Shown here piece after piece: positions 56,400-64,000 of a stretch of DNA of 64,000 nt. Location of the stretch: contig CAVVUN010000012.1 in the NCBI GenBank assembly GCA_963751455.1, positions 608,001 through 672,000 on the forward strand, written 5' to 3'. The notes beneath the pieces are model-generated. The model was not told the origin of the DNA, searched no databases, and worked only from the letters and a program-made list of their open reading frames with translations. Made by a program: the position numbers and the translations under genes. Each line of letters opens with the position of its first letter. Positions within the stretch are counted from its first letter, which is position 1. The DNA comes from Nitrospirota bacterium (GTDB lineage Bacteria; Nitrospirota; UBA9217).

Positions 56400-56979
56400 A
56401 TTGTTCCACCTCTGATCAAACTCCACGTTTTTGGATCGTAAATAGTTTCGCTTATATCTTCCCTGCCGTCTGCTACGATGCTCGGCCAGGATGGCTCCGA
56501 ATATCGTACATCCGCCACGTGTCCGTCAACGGCTGGTACAGCCGGAAGAAGTTCTCGATACCCTTATTATACCGCCTCCGAATGGTTTCCTCAGGCACAT
56601 CATGCCCGCCCATGCGTACGCGCTCGGCAACGCGGGCAACGGCAAAATCCGCGTTCGGAGCCACAGGAAAACCAGGTGGAAAGTATACCCGCTTTGCTTC
56701 AGTTTTGCAATCCAGGGGAAATGATCTGCTCGCCAGCGTCGTCTCAAAGGCGAAATCAACCCGCTCCTTCGCAAGAAAGTGCAGCCGCTCCAGCATGACC
56801 CGGCCCGCATGGAACGCCGCGCTCTCCGGCTGGAACGCGGAGAGCCCCTGGGCAATGACGTCGGCATTCACGAACTCCGTCACTCCCAGCGTCCCCTTAA
56901 GGAGCATAGGCGCTGTCGTCGATTTCCCGGCCCCGTTCGGCCCGGCAATGACAATGACATGGGGATTCTTTTCAGACAA
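56396..56979 (-). pseudogene. Zeta-toxin-like AAA ATPase with about three frameshifts
   Basis: IAGPNGAGKST, FVNAD.IA, FETTL; the segment PWIAKLKQSGYTFHLVFLWL lies in another frame; YD(N)S also shifted. Confidence 0.75.
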
Positions 56980-57326
56980 TGGATAGTCCTCTCGAATAAT
57001 ATAACGGCGATTCCGCTTGAAACGGCCAAATGCAAGAGGCAAGACTTGACCCTAAAGGTCCTCTAAAGGTCCCGAGATGAAAAATTTGAAGTTGTTCTCC
57101 CGGACAGGATCGAGAATAACGTATTTTTGCGGAAACGACAAGGGAAAATTCTTCAACTCCGGAGTTCGGCGTTCCTAACAAGTCGCGACAGGTCTTCATT
57201 GGGAAAGGATACTGGATTGGCGACATTGATCATGGTTCTTTTATCATGTATCCTCGTTTGCGGCTTTCTGTGTCTGCCCGGTGAGCGGCAATATCTGCGG
57301 AAACTCCGGTTACCTTATTGTTAATC

Positions 57327-57536
57327 TCATGGATCTCGCTTTGCACGCGGTCCAATTTTTCCGATAAGCATTTGATGCCCTTCGACGGCCAGTTTCGGTT
57401 TGTGTTGAAAATCTTCTGAAAGAATGCCGACCTGTACGCGAAAATCTTTCTTTATCTCTTCTGTAAAACCTGCAATTTCAGCCTTCACGGCCTTACCGAT
57501 CATTTGCTCAACGCGTTGGAAGTCTTTTCCTTCCAT
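57327..57536 (-). CDS. Short hypothetical protein, probably truncated
   Basis: RBS GAGG; coiled-coil-like G.L.EDFQHK..L..EG segment, then the frame breaks down. Confidence 0.35.
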   Translation of the reverse strand: MEGKDFQRVEQMIGKAVKAEIAGFTEEIKKDFRVQVGILSEDFQHKPKLAVEGHQMLIGKIGPRAKRDP

Positions 57537-57855
57537 AGCAGTTGTACCTCGCTTTTTTGGGGGCTCTGGAATTCGTCTTCTTCAATGAAGCGAGCCTACC
57601 GTATTTTGATGAAAGGAGCAAGGGAATTTTCGAATGCGGAATTCAGCCTGCACTCGCGTTTGTACACTCTTAGTCGCTGGCCGCAGGCGGAATGCGTAGT
57701 GCGGAATGGTTTATGCCGATGAATGCATTGTCAGTTACGCGATGTAATCTTTACTAAGCAAAATGCTCCCTAAATCCAGACTTCAGGAAGAACAACACAC
57801 TGCGATTTACCACCCAAAGATTATTGCCTTTAAGTTGTCCGGATATTAAGAAGCT

Positions 57856-58323
57856 TCACCGTTGCCTTGCCAGAAAGGCCTTCGGCGTCAGGGCCTCCAT
57901 GGAGAGCAGGCCTTTGAAATGCGCAGCGTCCCAGCTTACGAACGAAGCGCGTTCCGGAAGAGAGTTGTTCACCAGATTCGCTATCAAGGCGTCGCCGAGG
58001 CTCGCTTTCCTGCAGAGCAATGTCATAAGGTCATTGATCGACGACGATGGAAAGGGGGCATCCATATCATGCGATGGAATCACGTCCACGCCAAACTTTT
58101 GAGGCAGGTAATAGAACAACTCCTGAAGCTGTCGGGCGTTCAGATTGAAAGACAGTATGCCACAAACCTCAAGAAGATTTATGATGCTCGTGACCCCCTT
58201 TCCCTCTTCAGCTATGAAATTAAGGAAGTCTCTGTTCGTTGCGAAATTGGAGTCGTTTTTATACCTGAGTTCTATAATAAAGACATTGGTGTCTATAAAA
58301 GTCACCCTCTTTTTCTTGTCCAA
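57856..58323 (-). CDS. PIN-domain (VapC-like) toxin
   Basis: FIDTNVF...LLE...GDAL...SWD..HF. Confidence 0.8.
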   Translation of the reverse strand: MDKKKRVTFIDTNVFIIELRYKNDSNFATNRDFLNFIAEEGKGVTSIINLLEVCGILSFNLNARQLQELFYYLPQKFGVDVIPSHDMDAPFPSSSINDLMTLLCRKASLGDALIANLVNNSLPERASFVSWDAAHFKGLLSMEALTPKAFLARQR

Positions 58324-58562
58324 GACATTGCCTCCCTTGCGGTTGTAAACTTCGGCCGGCTTTTCTCGAGGGATGCCTCTATATCATCCCAGGCCTTATC
58401 AATGGTTCGAAGAGACGCTTTGCCCAACGCGTCCTTCGTGGCCGGTGATATCAACGCAAACGGCTTTCCGCGCAGCGTCACGACCACCTTTTCCCCCTGT
58501 GAGACCGCTCTCATGGCCTCCCCGGTCCTATTCTTGAGATTTTTCGCAGTCATGGTTTTCAT
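58302..58562 (-). CDS. Phd/YefM-family antitoxin
   Basis: MKTMTAKNLKN.TGE....V..GE.VVVT.RGKP.A. Confidence 0.85.
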   Translation of the reverse strand: MKTMTAKNLKNRTGEAMRAVSQGEKVVVTLRGKPFALISPATKDALGKASLRTIDKAWDDIEASLEKSRPKFTTAREAMSWTRKRG

Positions 58563-58860
58563 ATACGCAGCTTCTCCTTAAATAGCTATTTTATATCTAT
58601 TATAGCTATTTAATTTTCTCAAGGCAAGCGCTTTTTAAGTATATGAAATGTCGACAATGCTGAATGGGAATTATCGGGATAACGCGAACAATTACTGAAT
58701 GCAACACAGGAAAGTTTTATGCTCATCGCCACTCGAGAAGACAAAAACTGTCCAGCCCGATGAGCGAGGAGAAGATTTTAAGCTGACCGGGTAGCGTGGA
58801 GATGGTTAAAAGAGAACCGCGGATTGTGGATTGCTGCTACCGGCAGGATTGGACTCGACT

Positions 58861-59874
58861 TCATCTTCGGTTGGCGTATTCCTTCTGGACTTCCGGAATA
58901 AGCTGCCGGTAATCCTGGTACGGAATTTTCGAATGCCAGTTGCCGGTTGCCATGCCTATGCCTATCACCAGATAGAACAGGATGATCATGACAAACGGGA
59001 AAAGAAGCGGCTTTATCACAGTCGCCTTTTTGCCGCTGCTTACCATAAGATCGAGCGCACCTTCGGAAGGGCAACGGCTGACGCATGTGAGGCAGCCGAA
59101 GCACTCCTCGGATTTGACAACCGTTTTGCTCGCGACATCGATCTGCGTCGGACAATGCGTAGTGCAGGCGTTGCAGTGTATGCACTTTTCATCATTGCGC
59201 CGGATCTTAAAGGGGCTCAACCGGCTGAGCAAACCTGCAAGCGCGCCGTACGGGCACAGGTAGCGGCACCAGAAGTTTTTGTACAGAAGAGAGAGAAATC
59301 CGAGCCCGATAAGCACCCACATACTGAGCGTTGTCATCTCGGTAAAAAATTTCATCATGCGCACATCGGCCGTCTTGTAATAATCGCCAATAAAGAAAAG
59401 CGCAATCATACTGGAGGGCATGGCAATGCCGATTATGAAGAGAAACAGGCCGAGAAGCACGTATTTGAGGGATCGGAGCGAAACGTCGCCGAAACCCGGG
59501 ATGCGAAAGTTTCTGCCGATGACCTTTTGTCCGGCCATCCATACGTATTGCGAAACAGTCCCAATCGGACAGATCCAGCCGCAAAATGACTTTTTTACAA
59601 ACAGGGAAACCGCGAGAATTGCCGTGAACATAACGAAGCCGGAAGGATGCACCGGTTCAACAATGCCGGTCAGAAGAAAATATTTGAAGCCCATAAGTCC
59701 CCCGATCGGCAGAAAAGCATCTACCGATGGAGGCCTCTGAACAAACGGGTGACCGGGGGCTTCGAAATGCTGTACAAATCCGTAAAATCTATAGCCGATA
59801 AAAAGCGTCAGCAGAAGAAAGACGGCCTGTACTGCATACCGAATGAGTCGGACCGATTTTCGGGGATATACCAT
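58861..59874 (-). CDS. Membrane 4Fe-4S binding protein (NapH/MauN/YccM-like)
   Basis: FCGWICP and WCRYLCP motifs, two CxxCxxCxxxCP ferredoxin motifs, several TM helices. Confidence 0.9.
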   Translation of the reverse strand: MVYPRKSVRLIRYAVQAVFLLLTLFIGYRFYGFVQHFEAPGHPFVQRPPSVDAFLPIGGLMGFKYFLLTGIVEPVHPSGFVMFTAILAVSLFVKKSFCGWICPIGTVSQYVWMAGQKVIGRNFRIPGFGDVSLRSLKYVLLGLFLFIIGIAMPSSMIALFFIGDYYKTADVRMMKFFTEMTTLSMWVLIGLGFLSLLYKNFWCRYLCPYGALAGLLSRLSPFKIRRNDEKCIHCNACTTHCPTQIDVASKTVVKSEECFGCLTCVSRCPSEGALDLMVSSGKKATVIKPLLFPFVMIILFYLVIGIGMATGNWHSKIPYQDYRQLIPEVQKEYANRR

Positions 59875-59924
59875 GCGCTATACTTATACTTCCTGTTTGG
59901 AAAATAATATGATATGGATCATAC

Positions 59925-60032
59925 CTAACCCGGACAAGCCGGAAAAGAGCTGCCACAGAGGTCACAGGGAACAGAGAAATCTTTTTCGTTTTTTAGTGGT
60001 TCTTCCTCTGTGCCCTCTGTGTGCTCTGTGAC
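59925..60032. repeat. REP-like palindrome with 9-nt periodic arms
   Basis: CTAACCCGGACAAGCCGGAA (inverse of 47147-47165), then CCACAGAGGTCACAGGGAACAGAG...CTCTGTGCCCTCTGTGTGCTCTGTG. Confidence 0.65.
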
Positions 60033-60077
60033 AAATAATTTTCTTGTCATTTTGGGTAGAATTTGATTCTTCAGTAA

Positions 60078-60410
60078 TTACCGCTTCACCTTCTCCATCA
60101 CTCTTACCATTCCCAGCCGTGTTGCAGAAAAACCATGATCGGTCGGCTCTTCCTGCTTTTTTACCGTATTGAAGAAATCGCAGCGCCAGCAATTAGTCAG
60201 CTTTTGTGCGTACGTACCCTGAATTTTACCTCCGCAAAGGGAGCCTGCGATGACCCAGCACGCTCTGCCCGCGTTCCGGCCTCCGTGCGCTCCATCCAGT
60301 TCTGCATGGATAGTTACCGGGCAGACACCCAGTTGCTCGGCTTTTGTACCTCCCGGGTACCGCCCGCAATTCTTATATTCCCAGCAATTATTTTTTGAAA
60401 TTTGGTCCAT
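60078..60410 (-). CDS. Two-CW-domain cysteine-rich protein
   Basis: NCWEYKNCGR...CP...GRACW.IAGSLCGG...C..C.F...V..QE. Confidence 0.8.
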   Translation of the reverse strand: MDQISKNNCWEYKNCGRYPGGTKAEQLGVCPVTIHAELDGAHGGRNAGRACWVIAGSLCGGKIQGTYAQKLTNCWRCDFFNTVKKQEEPTDHGFSATRLGMVRVMEKVKR

Positions 60411-60637
60411 CTTGAGAAACCCTGCTTTCTTAAAAATCCCGAAAATACGGATGAACAATATACATTTTTTCAAACAACGAAGCCAATTTATTCATACTAT
60501 AGTTTTATAAAATAATCTTATTCAGGTTCTAATTCTCTGTACGACAGCGAACAATGCCTGCGACGGAGCATTTTTCGTATCCCGGGGCCCCCTGTTTTGG
60601 ACTTTGCAATGATTCTAAGAGTATGCTATTTTTGACT

Positions 60638-62020
60638 ATGTCCTCCGATGACTTGAATAATTTCTTCTACCCTCGTACGGTGGCACTGATCGGAGCAACA
60701 GACAAACCGGCAAAACCGGGGAGAGCGATTTTAGAGAACCTTGACCAGTTCAACGGGGTCGTCTATCCAGTCAACCCGAAACACAGCATGCTTCTGGGTC
60801 ACCGCTGCTTTGCCTCTGTTAAGGATATCCCTGACAAAATCGATCTTGCAGTGATTGCCCTGCCCGCGCCTCTCGTTGAGGCGGAGATAGGGGCGCTTGC
60901 GGCAACGGGCGTCAGAAAGGTGATCATTATCAGCTCCGGTTTCTCTGAAGCGGGTGCTGCCGGAGTTCCGATGCAAAAACGGATCGCCGAAATCATAAAA
61001 CGGTCCGGGATGCGTGTAGTCGGGCCGAATGCCCTGGGTATCTATAATTCGGAAAACGGCCTGGACACTTTTTTTGTCTCTCGCGAGCGGGTTTCAAGGC
61101 CGCTTGGCGGTAGGATTTCCATTGTATCTCAAAGCGGCGCGATTACCGTGATCCTTATGGAGGCCTTGTCCAGGGACGGGATCGGCATAGCGAAGGCGGT
61201 GAACTACGGCAATAGGGTGGACGTGGATGACGCTGACTGCCTCGAGTATCTTGCAGCCGATCCTCAGACCGGCGCCGTCGCAATGTACATTGAATCCGTG
61301 GCCAATGGCGGAAAATTCCTGCGCGCGGCAAAAAATTTCGCAGCAAAAAAACCGATGGTCATCTGGAAAGCGGGGAAATTCGAAACCGGAGCCGCTGCCG
61401 TTTCCTCGCATACGGCAACCCTTGCGGGAAGGTACGGCCTTTACCAGGCGGCCATCCAACAGGCCGGCGCGGTTGAGGCTTTTAATTTCGACCATATGAT
61501 CGACTCCGCCAAGGCATTGGCCATCATGGATTACCCCTGTATCGGCAACAGGCTTCTTGTCGTCACGAACGGCGGCGGCATGGCTGTTGCAGCCGCGGAC
61601 GAGGCAAGCAATGAAGGCTTCGAAATGCCCCGTATCCCGGACCGGGTGGCGGAACGTCTGAAGCAGGCATTCCTGCCTTTTTTCATAACCGTCAATCCGA
61701 TCGACATAACCGGCAGTGGAAGAAACGAAGATTATCTGACTGCGCTGACCGAAGCGCTTCCGTACTACGACGCTGCGGTCGTAATCGTGCTGATGGGCGC
61801 AACAACCGTCACCGAAGCGGTGACCGAATTGATCGCCCGGGCATGCCATCAGGCGCGCAAACCGGTCACGTGCTGTATGCTCCAGGGCCTGGGGTACACG
61901 CGCGAAGCAATGTCGCTGCTGTTTAAACTCGGTATCCCGGTATACCCCTCGCCCGAAAGGGCAGTAAGGGCGTTGTCAGCGCTCAGGAAGGTTTCGTGCA
62001 GGAATATAAAGACGGAATAA
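60638..62020 (+). CDS. ADP-forming acyl-CoA synthetase alpha subunit (CoA-binding)
   Basis: FF.PR.VALIGA, YPVNP, SSGFSE, GPNALG, SQSGA, SHT..LAG (phospho-His), TNGGG, NPID. Confidence 0.88.
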   Translation: MSSDDLNNFFYPRTVALIGATDKPAKPGRAILENLDQFNGVVYPVNPKHSMLLGHRCFASVKDIPDKIDLAVIALPAPLVEAEIGALAATGVRKVIIISSGFSEAGAAGVPMQKRIAEIIKRSGMRVVGPNALGIYNSENGLDTFFVSRERVSRPLGGRISIVSQSGAITVILMEALSRDGIGIAKAVNYGNRVDVDDADCLEYLAADPQTGAVAMYIESVANGGKFLRAAKNFAAKKPMVIWKAGKFETGAAAVSSHTATLAGRYGLYQAAIQQAGAVEAFNFDHMIDSAKALAIMDYPCIGNRLLVVTNGGGMAVAAADEASNEGFEMPRIPDRVAERLKQAFLPFFITVNPIDITGSGRNEDYLTALTEALPYYDAAVVIVLMGATTVTEAVTELIARACHQARKPVTCCMLQGLGYTREAMSLLFKLGIPVYPSPERAVRALSALRKVSCRNIKTE

Positions 62021-62149
62021 TTCAGGTCTTACCGCGGGCGCAGAGAACGACACTGAAAAACAAATGTTTCCGGAAGTTGGGGCGAGAGAAACAATTAAGA
62101 ATTTTTGAGAATTTTGTGCATCTTTGCGTCCGGAGACTATTACAATGCT

Positions 62150-62851
62150 ATGAATCCAGCTGATCTCATACAATCCGCAGTCCAGCAAGGCAGAACCGCT
62201 CTCCTGGAGCATGAAGCGAGGGAACTGGTTCGCTCTGTGGGGATCATCACGGCCAAATACGAGCTGGCCGCGCCGGAAGACGATGCTGCAATTATGGCTG
62301 CAGCGGGCAGGCTGGGGTTCCCGATAGCGCTTAAGGCAGTGTCGCCGGGGATTTTGCATAAAACTGAAGCGGGAGCAGTCTTGCTCGACATCAAGACGCC
62401 CGTCGAACTGGCAACAGCGGTGAAACAGATTAAACTGAATGTGCCAGCACGTGCGGCGGGAGCATCAATCAGCTTCTTTTTGATAGAAAAGATGATGCCA
62501 GCCGGTCCTGAGTTTCTGATCGGGGGTCTTCGGGACGAGCAGTTCGGCCCCGCTGTCGCTTTTGGATTGGGAGGGATTCTTGCAGAGGCGCTCAAGGATG
62601 TTGTCTTCGGCATCCTTCCGCTCAACGATATCGACTGTATCGCGATGATCGACCGAACACGGGCGGGTGTGCTGTTCAAGGGATTCAGGGGAGTTGCCGC
62701 GCTGGACCGGACGCCCGTACTGTCCCTCATGACCGCCGTAGGCCGTCTGATGATTGACTACCCGGAGATACGCGAGATCGACCTAAACCCTGTTCGCATT
62801 TACGGACGGGGAGCTGCGGCGCTCGACGTGAGGGTCCTGATCAGGGCATAA
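62150..62851 (+). CDS. ADP-forming acyl-CoA synthetase beta subunit (ATP-grasp)
   Basis: LLEHEA, GFP.ALK..SP.I.HKTE.G.V, D.QFGP.V.FGLGG, EIDLNP. Confidence 0.88.
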   Translation: MNPADLIQSAVQQGRTALLEHEARELVRSVGIITAKYELAAPEDDAAIMAAAGRLGFPIALKAVSPGILHKTEAGAVLLDIKTPVELATAVKQIKLNVPARAAGASISFFLIEKMMPAGPEFLIGGLRDEQFGPAVAFGLGGILAEALKDVVFGILPLNDIDCIAMIDRTRAGVLFKGFRGVAALDRTPVLSLMTAVGRLMIDYPEIREIDLNPVRIYGRGAAALDVRVLIRA

Positions 62852-63186
62852 TCCACTTCCGTAATCAGGAAAACCGCAATTCGCGAAATAACCGTTCACC
62901 CACAAGACGCAGGCCCTTTACCCCGAGGTCGAGCATCGTCTCTTCCCTGAGCGATGGTGCAGACCCGATGTCCAGAATGCTTTTACGCGATAAATAAATC
63001 ATAAGACTGATGGTCATTTTATAACAGTTCAAATATTGAATTTGTGCAAACTAAAGAAGCAAAAGAAATTTGTCTATAATTGATATTTATCGCGACAATT
63101 TGCAAACATGACAACTGTGTGCTATTAATTAAATTATGAGTTCCGGTTCGATGAACCTCAAGTAACATCCGGAAAGGAGAAAAACA

Positions 63187-63846
63187 ATGAAACGACTCAG
63201 TATCGCATTCGCGATAGTATTGATAGCTTCTGCGGCTTCAGTCGGAATTGCTGCAGTAAGCAGCCATGTTGCAAGTTCATATAAGGCGGATTTGTCAGGG
63301 GCTAAGGTGCCTCCGGTTGCAACACGGGCAACGGGCGAGGCCACCTTTGAACTGGTCCAGATGGGCACGGCAGGCGCTGGTACAGGCGGAGTTAGTCCTA
63401 GCGGCAAAGATCCCCTTGCAGCTGATAGGGACATGGGCTATGTGGGTCCCGGTATAGATGACTATCCCTATGAAGGAATAATCGACCGGGGTAGAGAGGA
63501 GTATGGATACGGCGCCGGTGGTACGACAGCTGGCGAGTCTTTGCGGTATAGACTGAACGTCAAGAAAATAGAGAATGTGACAGCGGCGCACCTGCACATG
63601 GGCGGTGCAACTTCGGCTGAAGGACCAGTGGTAGCTTCGTTATATCTTGGTCCCAGAAAGGGTGGTCAATACAGCGGCTTGTTGGCACAGGGAACGATAA
63701 CCGAAAAAGATTTGCAGGGACCGTTAAGCGGAAAGTCGCTTGATGACCTTGTAGCGGCAATCAAAGCCGGCGACATCTATGTCAATGTTCACACAGCAAA
63801 ACATCCTGAAGGAGAAATTCGAGGCCAGGTTGAGCAAAAAGGGTAG
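63187..63846 (+). CDS. Secreted CHRD-domain protein
   Basis: Signal peptide; ADLSGA.VPPV.T.ATG.A, AAHLH, GPVV, YVNVHT..HP.GEIRGQ. Confidence 0.88.
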   Translation: MKRLSIAFAIVLIASAASVGIAAVSSHVASSYKADLSGAKVPPVATRATGEATFELVQMGTAGAGTGGVSPSGKDPLAADRDMGYVGPGIDDYPYEGIIDRGREEYGYGAGGTTAGESLRYRLNVKKIENVTAAHLHMGGATSAEGPVVASLYLGPRKGGQYSGLLAQGTITEKDLQGPLSGKSLDDLVAAIKAGDIYVNVHTAKHPEGEIRGQVEQKG

Positions 63847-63872
63847 AGAGAGTTTTATTTTAGAATTGTGAC

Positions 63873-63904
63873 GAGGAGCCGTTTATCGCGGCTCCTCTTT
63901 TTTT
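63873..63904 (+). terminator. Rho-independent terminator
   Basis: GAGGAGCCG-loop-CGGCTCCTC followed by TTTTTTT. Confidence 0.85.
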
Positions 63905-64000
63905 ATCCCAAATCTCCGTTTGGTTTTTCCGGCCTGGCTATATTTTCCGCACAAGTTCAATGACGGTAACTTCCGGCGGCGAAAGAAACCTGACGGGCGG

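Overview
Bacterial chromosomal window, probably from an anaerobic Nitrospirota- or Desulfobacterota-like organism (inferred from gene content). Positions 1-38 kb form an extracellular-electron-transfer island with about 90 c-type heme motifs (manual count). It contains an OmcE-like tetraheme gene followed by NHL propellers, a pentaheme lipoprotein, an outer-membrane beta-barrel, a SurA-type foldase and a 12-heme cytochrome. It also contains three giant secreted multiheme cytochromes that share a C-terminal PKD/Ig-like module ending FEALPLP or FEAQPLP; two of them are followed by their own PrsA/SurA-like lipoprotein foldase. One giant cytochrome is interrupted only by an in-frame TGA followed by a hairpin and is probably a 1484-aa selenoprotein. 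Six sigma-54 promoters each have a shared upstream TGCGTnAwwTnACCCCA-like motif, and two NtrC-type activators plus a histidine kinase with a CxxCH motif lie in the same island. An ISH6-like IS and an IS110/IS1111-type IS with a readable bridge/seek RNA sit at 10.4-13.5 kb. The rest holds housekeeping genes (HPF-CSD, ThiF-CbbQ-VWA, an AcsE-like protein, split ADP-forming acyl-CoA synthetase, CHRD) and a defence island with Wadjet jetABCD (jetD frameshifted), HEPN/MNT, Phd/PIN and a decayed zeta-like ATPase pair. No rRNA, tRNA or CRISPR array was seen.
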